From: an uncultured Prevotella sp. | Lineage (GTDB): Bacteria > Bacteroidota > Bacteroidia > Bacteroidales > Bacteroidaceae | Assembly (NCBI GenBank): GCA_963511375.1 | Contig: CAUPIT010000010.1 | Coordinates: forward strand, 3,073 to 67,072 | DNA length: 64,000 nt | Reading direction: 5' to 3' | In this document: positions 37,020 through 45,871 of the stretch, piece after piece | Numbering within the stretch: position 1 is the stretch's first letter | How the letters are laid out: the number at the start of each line of letters is the position of its first letter | The notes under the pieces: model-generated | What the model was told of the DNA's origin: nothing | Databases searched by the model: none | Seen by the model: only the letters and a program-made list of their open reading frames with translations | Made by a program: the position numbers and the translations under genes

Positions 37020-37292
37020 TTAATAAATATTCGATATCTGATCTACAATTTCAGACACGTCTGAGTTGAATTTTGCAATCAAATCCTTGTAATATTCCTT
37101 TTGCTTCATTCCCGGTTCGGGATGAGATATGCGCTTAATATATTGGCTCTGCAACGTCAAGATGGACGTCAGCAGCACATCAATATTCTCCTTTTCGGGT
37201 TTTTCACTATACAGCGAGGCGGCTACGCATTCTGCTAAAAGGTCACTACAAACATAATGAATGGTTCGTTTTAAATCTCTTTTATTTGCCAT
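37020..37292 (-). CDS. Hypothetical protein, 90 aa
   Basis: It is the first ORF of the minus-strand run 37292 to 31437. No motif was recognised. Confidence 0.5.
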   Translation of the reverse strand: MANKRDLKRTIHYVCSDLLAECVAASLYSEKPEKENIDVLLTSILTLQSQYIKRISHPEPGMKQKEYYKDLIAKFNSDVSEIVDQISNIY

Positions 37293-37427
37293 GTGATTTG
37301 CTTCTTTATAGTTTGTACGAAATTGAATGATAGTTCAAAGGTAGAAAAAATATCTGAAAATGCAACACAATGACTGGAAAAAACTTGTTTTCTTGATTGT
37401 TTGTTTTCCTATCTCAAAGAAAAAGGG

Positions 37428-37435
37428 TAAATTTG
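37428..37435 (+). promoter_or_regulatory. -7 box TAAATTTG for pfp
   Basis: It matches TAnnTTTG, about 55 nt upstream of the ATG at 37491. Confidence 0.45.
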
Positions 37436-37490
37436 CAAAACCTAAGAGCAATGAATATTTATCATTTATTATATTAGTAAAATTGCAAAG

Positions 37491-39131
37491 ATGAAAACAA
37501 GTGCATTACAAAAAGAAAGAGCTTCTTATCAGCCAAAACTGCCAAAAGCTCTTCAAGGTGCTGTGAAAATCAAGGAAGGCGCACCAACTGAAAGTGTTGA
37601 TGATCAGGAAGAAATCAAAAAATTGTTCCCACATACTTACGGAATGCCTCTCGTAGAGTTTGTTCCAGGTGATAAATGTGAACACAAGCTGATGAATGTA
37701 GGCGTCATCCTCAGTGGAGGTCAGGCTCCTGGCGGACATAATGTGATCAGTGGTTTGTTCGATGCCGTTAAGAAATTGAACGAAGAGAACCGCTTGTATG
37801 GCTTCTTGATGGGGCCTGGTGGTTTGGTGGATCACAATTATATCGAGATTACTGCTGGTTTCTTGGAGAAATATCGCAATACAGGAGGTTTTGATATGAT
37901 TGGTTCCGGACGTACCAAGCTGGAGAAAGAAGACCAGTTTGAAAAGGGTTTGGAAGTGATTCGCGAGCTGGATATCAAAGCACTTGTCATCATTGGTGGT
38001 GACGATTCGAACACCAACGCCTGCGTTTTGGCCGAATATTACGCTGCCAAGCAATATGGCGTGCAGGTCATCGGTTGTCCAAAGACCATCGATGGCGACT
38101 TGAAGAACGAGCAAATTGAAACTTCATTTGGTTTTGATACGGCAACAAAGACCTATTCAGAACTTATTGGAAACATTGAGCGTGACTGTAATTCGGCTCG
38201 CAAATACTGGCATTTCATCAAGCTGATGGGCCGTTCGGCCTCTCACATTGCACTGGAGTGTGCATTGCAGACACAGCCAAACATTTGTCTTGTTTCAGAA
38301 GAAATACAAGCAAAAGACAAGACGCTGAATGAAATTGTTGAGTACATTGCTTCTGTTGTGGCCTACCGTGCCAAAGAAGGAAACAATTTTGGCGTGGTCC
38401 TCATTCCCGAAGGCTTGATAGAATTCATCCCCGCCATCGGCCGCTTGATCGCCGAATTGAACGATCTGCTGGCCGCTCATGGTGCCGATTATAAGGATTT
38501 GGACAAGGACGCACAGCGTGAATACATCCTGGCTCACCTCTCTGATGCCAACCGCTCTACCTTCGAAACGTTGCCGGAAGATGTGGCTCGTCAGCTGAGT
38601 TTGGATCGCGACCCGCACGGAAATGTTCAGGTTTCCTTAATTGAAACCGAGAAGTTGCTGTCCAACATGGTTGCCGCTAAGCTCAATGAATGGAAGAAGC
38701 AAGGCAAATATCAAGGTAAGTTCTCACCTCTTCACCATTTCTTTGGTTACGAAGGTCGCTGTGCAGCACCGTCTAATTTTGATGCCGACTATTGCTATGC
38801 GCTTGGAACCAGTGCTGCTCAGCTCATCGCAAACGGTAAGACAGGATACATGGCCATTGTCAAGAATACCACCGACTGCACCGACAACTGGAAAGCAGGT
38901 GGCGTACCAATCACCATGATGATGAACATGGAGCGTCGTACAGGTGAAATGAAACCGGTAATCCGCAAGGCGTTGGTAGAGTTGGAAGGCAAGCCTTTCA
39001 AGACTTTCGCCGCCAACCGTGACGAATGGGCTAACCATACATGCTATGTTTACCCAGGGCCTATCCAGTATTGGGGACCCAGTGAGGTTTGTGACCAAAC
39101 CACACGAACCTTGGCATTGGAGCAGGAATAA
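37491..39131 (+). CDS. pfp: Diphosphate--fructose-6-phosphate 1-phosphotransferase (PPi-dependent PFK, long type)
   Basis: GGDDSN and PKTIDGDL replace the GGDGS and TIDND motifs of ATP-PFKs, which is the PPi-type signature. Length is 546 aa. Confidence 0.9.
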   Translation: MKTSALQKERASYQPKLPKALQGAVKIKEGAPTESVDDQEEIKKLFPHTYGMPLVEFVPGDKCEHKLMNVGVILSGGQAPGGHNVISGLFDAVKKLNEENRLYGFLMGPGGLVDHNYIEITAGFLEKYRNTGGFDMIGSGRTKLEKEDQFEKGLEVIRELDIKALVIIGGDDSNTNACVLAEYYAAKQYGVQVIGCPKTIDGDLKNEQIETSFGFDTATKTYSELIGNIERDCNSARKYWHFIKLMGRSASHIALECALQTQPNICLVSEEIQAKDKTLNEIVEYIASVVAYRAKEGNNFGVVLIPEGLIEFIPAIGRLIAELNDLLAAHGADYKDLDKDAQREYILAHLSDANRSTFETLPEDVARQLSLDRDPHGNVQVSLIETEKLLSNMVAAKLNEWKKQGKYQGKFSPLHHFFGYEGRCAAPSNFDADYCYALGTSAAQLIANGKTGYMAIVKNTTDCTDNWKAGGVPITMMMNMERRTGEMKPVIRKALVELEGKPFKTFAANRDEWANHTCYVYPGPIQYWGPSEVCDQTTRTLALEQE

Positions 39132-39158
39132 TCTTACTGACAGTTAAAACTACTATAA

Positions 39159-39419
39159 AGGCTGGTTCTATAAATTACCACCGCACATAGTCATTAAATG
39201 TTTATGAAATACGTTTTGTTATCTTTTGGCTTCTTTTTATATAAAACAGGCTGCGCCTCAACAATTCAAACAAGTTTTGATTGCATTCGGCTTGCACCGT
39301 TTTTGGTTCAAAATGTAAGTTCGTACAGTCGTGTAGCTCGCTACACTCCTTCACTCTCTTGCATTTTGACCTCAAAAATAAGCTCAAAATCTAACAAAGC
39401 TAATTTATAGAACCAGCCT
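39159..39419. mobile_element. 261-bp non-coding element bounded by 19-bp perfect inverted repeats (MITE-like or a giant hairpin)
   Basis: AGGCTGGTTCTATAAATTA (39159-39177) is the exact reverse complement of TAATTTATAGAACCAGCCT (39401-39419). The interior at 39249-39298 is homologous to the 66-bp repeat unit at 26951. No clear target-site duplication is visible. Confidence 0.4.
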
Positions 39420-39456
39420 AAAGAGAGTCTGCTGATGTAGTTCGGTTACGTATTGC

Positions 39457-40317
39457 ATGGCAGATTCTCTTTTTCAATCTTATCATTCAATGCCAACAAG
39501 AAAAAGAAGAAAGCGAGTCAGAAAAAAACGCACACGATTCTTCGGTAGATGTCCCCGACGGGCCGTTTGGGTAGGGGGCATTGTCTTTGCGCTACTCTAT
39601 ATGTGGGCATTCTATGAGTTTTTTGTAAGTCCTACCGGGTTCAGGTGGCGCGCACTTTATGGTGATGCCGACTACCCCGCAGGTTATGAGATACATGGTA
39701 TCGACATCTCTCATTATCAAGGTGACATCAATTGGCAACTGTTGCGCAATGGGATGATAGGAGGATGCCCGCTCAGGTTTGTCATGATCAAGGCAACAGA
39801 GGGTGCCGACAAACTGGATGACAATTTCAACGACAACTTTTATAATGCACGCGACCATGGTTTTATCAGGGGGGCTTACCACTTTTGGAGCAACCATTCG
39901 TCGGCCAGAGATCAGGCATACTATTTCTTGAAGCAGGTACATCTGGAAGATGGTGACCTGCCGCCGGTCTTGGATGTTGAACACAAACCTAAGGAGCAGA
40001 GCGTGGAAGACTTTCAGCGTGATATTCTTACCTGGCTGCACATTGTTGAAGACAAGTACCATGTGAAGCCTATGATTTATACCTATTATAAATTCAAGGA
40101 CGAATATCTGGGTGCACCTGTCTTTGATGATTATCCCTACTGGATAGCTCATTACTATGTTGAGAAGGTGACCTATAAAGGCAAGTGGAAATTCTGGCAG
40201 CATACCGATGCCGGAAAACTGCCTGGTATCAAAGGATTCGTTGACTTGAATGTCTACAACGGCTCGTTTTACGATTTGAAGCAGATGACCATTGGTCGCC
40301 AAAAGGTAACCTGGTGA
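39457..40317 (+). CDS. Glycoside hydrolase family 25 lysozyme (muramidase) with a basic N-terminal tail and a TM anchor
   Basis: The GH25 pattern is present: GIDISHYQGDINW, FVMIKATEG, GAYHF and LPPVLDVE. The N-terminus has RKRRKRVRKKR followed by a hydrophobic helix. Confidence 0.85.
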   Translation: MADSLFQSYHSMPTRKRRKRVRKKRTRFFGRCPRRAVWVGGIVFALLYMWAFYEFFVSPTGFRWRALYGDADYPAGYEIHGIDISHYQGDINWQLLRNGMIGGCPLRFVMIKATEGADKLDDNFNDNFYNARDHGFIRGAYHFWSNHSSARDQAYYFLKQVHLEDGDLPPVLDVEHKPKEQSVEDFQRDILTWLHIVEDKYHVKPMIYTYYKFKDEYLGAPVFDDYPYWIAHYYVEKVTYKGKWKFWQHTDAGKLPGIKGFVDLNVYNGSFYDLKQMTIGRQKVTW

Positions 40318-40519
40318 GCAAAGGCGTGTGTCAAACATCTTGATGCACCCGCCGCTCTTTCATGGCCATTATTCAACGATTTCTCATACCTTTGAGCCTC
40401 AAAAAGGGGATTGATAAGTAAAATAATATCCTTGAAAAATATCGATAAGTAATTTAGAATAACCAACTAAAAATCGTAAAGCTATTTGATGGCCTGACAA
40501 TCTCTATGACTTGAAGCGT

Positions 40520-40580
40520 TAAAGTCAATGCTTTTGAAGGCCAAACCCATTGACTTTGAGGGGCAAAGTCAAAGAGTTTG
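40520..40580. repeat. Three copies of the CAAAGTCAWTGRGTTTG family in plus, minus, plus orientation
   Basis: Copies are at 40520-40536 (TAAAGTCAATGCTTTTG), 40541-40558 (CCAAACCCATTGACTTTG, minus orientation) and 40564-40580 (CAAAGTCAAAGAGTTTG). Confidence 0.7.
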
Positions 40581-40625
40581 AACTTGTATCTGTATTCCGT
40601 TTGTAATCAAGTAGTTGCGAGATGG

Positions 40626-41489
40626 CTACTGCTTGATAAATGTCAAGCAGCACCAGTGATTATCACTTTTTTGGCTTGTCTTTACTAATCCCAATGAGTT
40701 GGCTTTTTCGTCAAGCAGTTCTACATCCTCTTCATAAAAGCCACTGATAATCAATACCGAGCCAGCATTCATTATTTCCAGATAAGTGGGCATGTCGTTC
40801 AGAAGTATGTTGCGGTTGATGTTGGCCAACACCACGTCAAATACCCCCGACACATGCGATAAAACGTGTGCGTCACCATGAAAAACCTCGATGTTGTCAA
40901 CCTCATTGATAGCAGCATTGTGTTGGGTGTTTTTCACACTCCACTCGTCGATATCGAAGCCAACGACCGCCTCTGCGCCCAGTTTAAGGGCGGCGATGCC
41001 CAAAATGCCCGTGCCGCATCCACAGTCCAGAACCCGTTTTCCTTTCAGTGACAGCTGTAGCATGGCTCCAATCATCATGCGGGTAGTCTCGTGAGTTCCC
41101 GTGCCAAAGGCTTGTTTCGCCTCAATACCGATGTTGATGAGCGAGTCACCAGCGGGTTTCTTCCCAGTTCTTGCATCATAAATCACCACTTTGTCGTCAA
41201 TGTTGATGGGTGCGAACCCTGTGTTTTCCCAAGCCTCGTTCCAGTTTTTGTCTTCAGTGTCGGAAAGCGTGTAGGTGATGTTGACGCCTTCTAAGGGAAA
41301 GGTGTCAAGCACTTGCTTCAAGCTGTTGGTTTCCATTAAATCTGCGGGAATGTATCCTTTGAGTCCATCGGGAGTGTCTTCAAACGACTCAAAACCTATT
41401 TCACCCATCAAATCGGGTAACAGGTCTTTGGCAATTTGCGTAAGCTCCGGTGTACAGGCTATTTTAAAGTCTGCTATCTTATATTTCAT
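40626..41489 (-). CDS. prmA: Ribosomal protein L11 methyltransferase
   Basis: The SAM motif VLDCGCGTGILGIAA, FGTGTHETT and the overall PrmA layout are present. Confidence 0.92.
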   Translation of the reverse strand: MKYKIADFKIACTPELTQIAKDLLPDLMGEIGFESFEDTPDGLKGYIPADLMETNSLKQVLDTFPLEGVNITYTLSDTEDKNWNEAWENTGFAPINIDDKVVIYDARTGKKPAGDSLINIGIEAKQAFGTGTHETTRMMIGAMLQLSLKGKRVLDCGCGTGILGIAALKLGAEAVVGFDIDEWSVKNTQHNAAINEVDNIEVFHGDAHVLSHVSGVFDVVLANINRNILLNDMPTYLEIMNAGSVLIISGFYEEDVELLDEKANSLGLVKTSQKSDNHWCCLTFIKQ

Positions 41490-41511
41490 ATTCTTAACGT
41501 AAAAGATGCCG

Positions 41512-41519
41512 CAAAGGTA
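41512..41519 (-). promoter_or_regulatory. -7 box TACCTTTG for prmA
   Basis: The reverse complement of caaaggta lies about 22 nt upstream of the ATG. Confidence 0.4.
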
Positions 41520-41561
41520 TAAAAAATAGGGAAAAACCTATCCATAGTTAGGGAAATTCCT

Positions 41562-41592
41562 TATATTTGCATAAACATATTTGATATATTTG
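41562..41592 (+). promoter_or_regulatory. Two tandem -7 boxes TATATTTG (41562-41569 and 41585-41592) ahead of the Trp/Tyr-rich protein gene
   Basis: Both match TAnnTTTG exactly and are 23 nt apart. The second box excludes the GTG at 41597 as the start. Confidence 0.45.
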
Positions 41593-41629
41593 CATTGTGG
41601 AAAAGCATATAATAGAAAGGAGTAACAAG

Positions 41630-42661
41630 ATGAAAAAGCTCATATTATTCACCCTATTGTTGGGAATGATGCCCTATAAGATGTTGGCACAGGACGATAT
41701 GTACATTCTTCCGTCTAACTTGCCTACTGCTAAGAAGTCAAAGGTGCGAACGAATAATCGTGAAGTGACTTATAGTGGCAGCAACCGTGATGTAGACGAA
41801 TATAATCGTCATGGTAAGTATTGGAGTCATTATCAGAAGATAGGAACGGACAATCGCGGCAACGATGTTATCGAATTTCAGAAGGGTAGAGGGGTTTATC
41901 CCGACTCTACCTACATCGACACCACTTTTGTCGGCAAGTATTATGATACGATGGTCGATGGTGATGACTTTGAATATACAAGTCGTATGAGCCGCTGGGA
42001 CGGCTTTTACAATCCATGGTTCTACAGCAGCTATCGTTGGAGAGCCTATCCTTATTGGCGTGCCGGTTGGGGTTTTTATGATCCGTGGTATGACCCATGG
42101 TATTATGGTTATGCCGGGTTCTACGATCCCTGGTACAGTTCTTGGTATGGCGGCTATTATGGTTTCTACGATCCATGGTACAATCCTTGGTATTATGGCT
42201 ATAGCGGATGGTATGGTTCATATTACAGAGGCTGGTATAACTATCCGTATGGTGGGTATGGTAGAGGCTATGCACGTGTATACGAAGGCAACCCCCGTGG
42301 CTTGACCGGAAACAGAACCTGGAGATTTGGCGGTAGCGGAGATGCGTACCGTACAGGGCGATTCGCTCGTGGAGCGACAAATGGCAACAGACAGCCAGGA
42401 AGTACTTATACAACCCGCAGTAGACGTAACAGGTCGTTCGGTGGCAGAACCGATATGCCTCGCTCTAATCGGATGGACACTCGTAACAACAGTAGCTTTG
42501 GCAATTCCACCAGGTCTACTCCAAGTTTTAACAGTGGTAGCTTTGGCGGCTCACGTTCTTCCGGTGGTGGCTTTGGTGGCACACGTTCTTCCGGTGGCGG
42601 TTTTGGTGGCGGACACTCTTCTGGCGGTGGCGGTGGCCACTTTGGTGGAGGTAGAAGGTAA
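41630..42661 (+). CDS. Secreted low-complexity protein with three 15-aa GFYDPWY..WY.GY. repeats and a C-terminal R/S/N/G-rich tail carrying three 10-aa G.(R/H)SSGGG(F/G)G repeats
   Basis: It has the signal peptide MKKLILFTLLLGMMPYKMLAQ. Repeats GFYDPWYDPWYYGYA, GFYDPWYSSWYGGYY and GFYDPWYNPWYYGYS are encoded at 42071-42205. Repeats GSRSSGGGFG, GTRSSGGGFG and GGHSSGGGGG are encoded at 42548-42637. Confidence 0.7.
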   Translation: MKKLILFTLLLGMMPYKMLAQDDMYILPSNLPTAKKSKVRTNNREVTYSGSNRDVDEYNRHGKYWSHYQKIGTDNRGNDVIEFQKGRGVYPDSTYIDTTFVGKYYDTMVDGDDFEYTSRMSRWDGFYNPWFYSSYRWRAYPYWRAGWGFYDPWYDPWYYGYAGFYDPWYSSWYGGYYGFYDPWYNPWYYGYSGWYGSYYRGWYNYPYGGYGRGYARVYEGNPRGLTGNRTWRFGGSGDAYRTGRFARGATNGNRQPGSTYTTRSRRNRSFGGRTDMPRSNRMDTRNNSSFGNSTRSTPSFNSGSFGGSRSSGGGFGGTRSSGGGFGGGHSSGGGGGHFGGGRR

Positions 42662-42682
42662 AGAATAAAACGAATATAAAAG

Positions 42683-44248
42683 ATGAGACAAATGAAGACA
42701 AAATATTGCCTGATGGCGGTCATGATGTTTATGTCGGCATCACTGACAGCACAAGAGACTTATCAAGATACGAAACTGATTGACAACGACCTCAACGGTA
42801 CGGCTCGTTATGTAGGCATGGGCGGTGCTTTGGAGGCGCTAGGTGCGGATATATCCACGATTAGCACTAACCCAGCAGGGATTGGGTTGTTCCGATCTGG
42901 GCAGGTTACTGTATCTGGAGGCTTGGTCACTCAACAAGGTGAAACCACCACGCCCTCTTTCAACAATATCCATACAAGCATCAATGGTAACAAGACCAAT
43001 GCCAGCTTTGACCAAATTGGGTTGGTTTACTCGATGCGCACAGGTCGAAACGGATATATGAACTTTGCGTTTAATTACCATAAGAGTCGTAATTTTGACC
43101 AGATTCTAACGGCTGCAAACACGCTATCGCATGCCTCACAGAATAAACTGTCGGCGATGAAGTATCCGTTTGCAAATGACTATAATTGGAATGGCGTGGA
43201 TGCCAACTATGCAAGTTTGATGGCTCCTATCAAGGATTCAAATGGCAAACAGACAGGCATGGATTATCTTGATGGTACGGCGTATGTGTTTGGACAGTAT
43301 CAAAAGGGATACATTGGTGAGTATAGCTTTAATTTAAGCGGCAACTTAAACAATCGGGTGTACCTTGGATTGACTTTTGGCTTGCACGACGTGAACTATC
43401 GTAGCAACAGCTATTACACGGAGAATTTGGAGCGTAACACAGTAGTGGAAGTGTGGGAAGACCTGCGCTTAGATGGTACTGGTGTTGATATCAAGGCTGG
43501 TGCTATTTTCCTACCCATAGAAAATTCTCCATTCCGTATAGGGGCATATATCCATACGCCTACCATGTACAACTTGCATTTAAAAGGCGCAAATGATATG
43601 ACCATGGCTAATGCGCAGGACAAGGTGGACAAAGGTCAGAGCTCAGTTTATGATTTCAAAGTATATACACCTTGGAAGTTTGGTCTGAGTCTGGGCCATA
43701 CCATTGGCAGAGAGCTGGCCTTGGGTGCAACCTACGAGTATGCTGACTATGGCACAATTGATAATCGTGTGAACAACGGTGGTTATTATGATCCTGTAGA
43801 TGGTGGTTATTATGATGACTCTTATAGTGATGGTGGCATGAACGACCATACCAAAGCAACCCTGAAAGGAGTGAGTACAGTAAAATTGGGCGCGGAATAC
43901 AAACCGCATCCAAGTTGGGCTGTTCGTCTGGGGTATAACTATTTGAGTCCGATGTTTAGCAAAGATGGCTACCGTGACGGAAGTATTTCTTCGCCAGGAA
44001 GCGCATACGCCACCTCAACCGACTACACCAACTGGGAAAGTACCAACCGAATCACGTGCGGATTAGGTTACTCTGTCAAGAAGTTCTTTGTAGACTTGGC
44101 CTATCAGTATACGCAGACCAATGGCGATTTTTATCCATTCATGAGTTACTATTCTAAAACAAATAAGCAAGAAGACTGTATCGCAGATGCGGTAAGCGTT
44201 AGCAACAAGCGCCATCAGTTGCTGCTCACATTGGGCTATCGCTTCTGA
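42683..44248 (+). CDS. Outer-membrane beta-barrel protein of the FadL/PorV-like type
   Basis: It has the signal peptide MAVMMFMSASLTAQ and the N-terminal motif ARYVGMGGALEALGADISTISTNPAGIG, typical of FadL/PorV-like barrels. Amphipathic strands alternate along the sequence, and it ends with the aromatic terminus LTLGYRF. Confidence 0.65.
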   Translation: MRQMKTKYCLMAVMMFMSASLTAQETYQDTKLIDNDLNGTARYVGMGGALEALGADISTISTNPAGIGLFRSGQVTVSGGLVTQQGETTTPSFNNIHTSINGNKTNASFDQIGLVYSMRTGRNGYMNFAFNYHKSRNFDQILTAANTLSHASQNKLSAMKYPFANDYNWNGVDANYASLMAPIKDSNGKQTGMDYLDGTAYVFGQYQKGYIGEYSFNLSGNLNNRVYLGLTFGLHDVNYRSNSYYTENLERNTVVEVWEDLRLDGTGVDIKAGAIFLPIENSPFRIGAYIHTPTMYNLHLKGANDMTMANAQDKVDKGQSSVYDFKVYTPWKFGLSLGHTIGRELALGATYEYADYGTIDNRVNNGGYYDPVDGGYYDDSYSDGGMNDHTKATLKGVSTVKLGAEYKPHPSWAVRLGYNYLSPMFSKDGYRDGSISSPGSAYATSTDYTNWESTNRITCGLGYSVKKFFVDLAYQYTQTNGDFYPFMSYYSKTNKQEDCIADAVSVSNKRHQLLLTLGYRF

Positions 44249-44270
44249 TACAAGCAATTATTTATATAGC

Positions 44271-44306
44271 AAGAAGGGCTCAACTTATTACAGTTGAGCC
44301 CTTCTT
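44271..44306. terminator. Bidirectional terminator hairpin between convergent genes
   Basis: AAGAAGGGCTCAACT (44271-44285) pairs with AGTTGAGCCCTTCTT (44292-44306). This is a perfect 15-bp stem with a 6-nt loop. Confidence 0.7.
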
Positions 44307-44389
44307 GGTACAGGTAGGTTGAGGTAGGGTGGCCCAATTGATATCAGGCCCATGGGCAAGTATGTCGTACTTGCCCAGCAATGTCATAC

Positions 44390-45805
44390 CTACTTTTGGA
44401 TGTTAGGTTGTTCCAAGCCATAACCTTTCTTCTTGTCAAGGGCTTTCAACAGGAATCCCAAGACAAGGGCAATCACGCCCAAGGAGGCGAATACCAACAT
44501 AGGTACGGTGTAGTTGTACTTCAGTGGGTCGGTAACACCAGGGTTGGATGAACGCAACACAGAACCAATGATCATGGGGAAGGCATAGAGACCGATGTTC
44601 TGAATCCAGAAAATCAATGCGTATGCCGACCCAATGAGTTTGTCATCAATCAGCTTTGGAACAGAAGGCCATAGCGCAGCCGGAACCAATGAGAACGAAA
44701 TACCTAACAAGATGATGGCGGCGTAGGTGATGATAACGCTTTGTGTAGCCGGTACGACGAACGCAAACACAAGGTGACATATCACCATGAGCATGGCGCC
44801 TAAGATGAGCATGGATGCTCCTTTGCCTTTGCGGTCGAGGAAATTGCCCAGGAAAGGAGTGACGGCAGCGGCACCTAATGGAAATACAAAGAACACCATA
44901 CCTGCTTGTTCGGCCGTAAAGTTAAGGTTGCATTGCAACATGTTGATGGCGTATTTTTGGAAAGGGAAGATGGCTGAATAGTAAAGTACGCAGAGTAGCG
45001 CCACAATCCAGAACATTTTCAGTGATAATATTTTTCCAATATCCGACACTTTGAATGGATCGTCTTTCTCTTCTTCCACGCCTTGTGCATCCAACTTCTT
45101 GTCCATGAAACCATAAACAATGAAGCATATCAAACCAATAATCAACAAAAGAAGTTCGTAGGCGACAGGCCGTGAAACGTCTATTGGATGAATAGAGGCG
45201 ATGGCTGGCGATGCAATGACTACCACGGCGACACCCACACGGGCAATTGCCATTTCGATGCCCATGGCCAACGCCATTTCTTTACCCTTAAACCACTTCA
45301 CAATACCACGCGAAACCGTGATACCAGCCATTTCGGCACCACAACCAAAAATCATGAATCCGATGGCTGATAGCTTGGCTGAGGCTGGCATACCATCATA
45401 AAATGGTGTAACATTCCAGGCCGAGAGCGGCAGGTTCAAATTGTTGTCAAACCATACTTTCAGACTGCTTGCTTCGAAACCTTCTGTCAGCGCGTAATAG
45501 TTGATGGAAGCACCAACCACCATGACGACACCTGAAAGGATGGCTGTGAAGCGTACACCCATCTTATCCAGGATGATACCTGCGAAAATAAGGAAGAATA
45601 CAAATACGTTCAAGAATGGTTCAGAGCCCGCAAAATGACCGTAGGCAATAGGATCCCAGCCGTGTTGTGTCTGTAAAAATTCTTGTAAAGGCGACAGAAT
45701 GTCAACGAAGATATAGGCAAAGAACATTGCCGATGCCAGTAATACCAGGGCTGTCCAACGCCATGCTGGAGAGTCGCTCAGTTTCTTTTGAAATGTTTCA
45801 ACCAT
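44390..45805 (-). CDS. MFS transporter
   Basis: A 471-aa protein with about 12 TM segments and MFS-like loops. The substrate cannot be called. Confidence 0.8.
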   Translation of the reverse strand: MVETFQKKLSDSPAWRWTALVLLASAMFFAYIFVDILSPLQEFLQTQHGWDPIAYGHFAGSEPFLNVFVFFLIFAGIILDKMGVRFTAILSGVVMVVGASINYYALTEGFEASSLKVWFDNNLNLPLSAWNVTPFYDGMPASAKLSAIGFMIFGCGAEMAGITVSRGIVKWFKGKEMALAMGIEMAIARVGVAVVVIASPAIASIHPIDVSRPVAYELLLLIIGLICFIVYGFMDKKLDAQGVEEEKDDPFKVSDIGKILSLKMFWIVALLCVLYYSAIFPFQKYAINMLQCNLNFTAEQAGMVFFVFPLGAAAVTPFLGNFLDRKGKGASMLILGAMLMVICHLVFAFVVPATQSVIITYAAIILLGISFSLVPAALWPSVPKLIDDKLIGSAYALIFWIQNIGLYAFPMIIGSVLRSSNPGVTDPLKYNYTVPMLVFASLGVIALVLGFLLKALDKKKGYGLEQPNIQK

Positions 45806-45871
45806 TACAGTAAGTTTTTTAAGTTATTGAGTTTTTTAGTTTATTTTTAGTTGACGGGTGGCACAGGGGCA

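Noticed and set aside
37506-38114. A 202-aa ORF antisense to pfp
   Set aside because: pfp is unambiguous, with GGDDS and TIDGD motifs. The antisense ORF is a shadow.
39198-39410. 70-aa and 61-aa ORFs inside the inverted-repeat-bounded element
   Set aside because: They overlap on opposite strands, have no start context and lie wholly within a repeat-derived element.
39592-40338. A 248-aa ORF on the minus strand opposite the GH25 gene
   Set aside because: The plus-strand frame carries the full GH25 motif set (DISHYQG, KATEG, YHF, LDVE). The minus frame has no recognisable features.
42406-42723. A proline-rich 105-aa ORF (PPPKPPPEE…) on the minus strand
   Set aside because: It is the reverse-complement reading of the GGC/GGT-rich Gly/Ser repeat at the 3-prime end of the Trp/Tyr-rich protein gene. 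It also spans the intergenic spacer and the start of the barrel gene.
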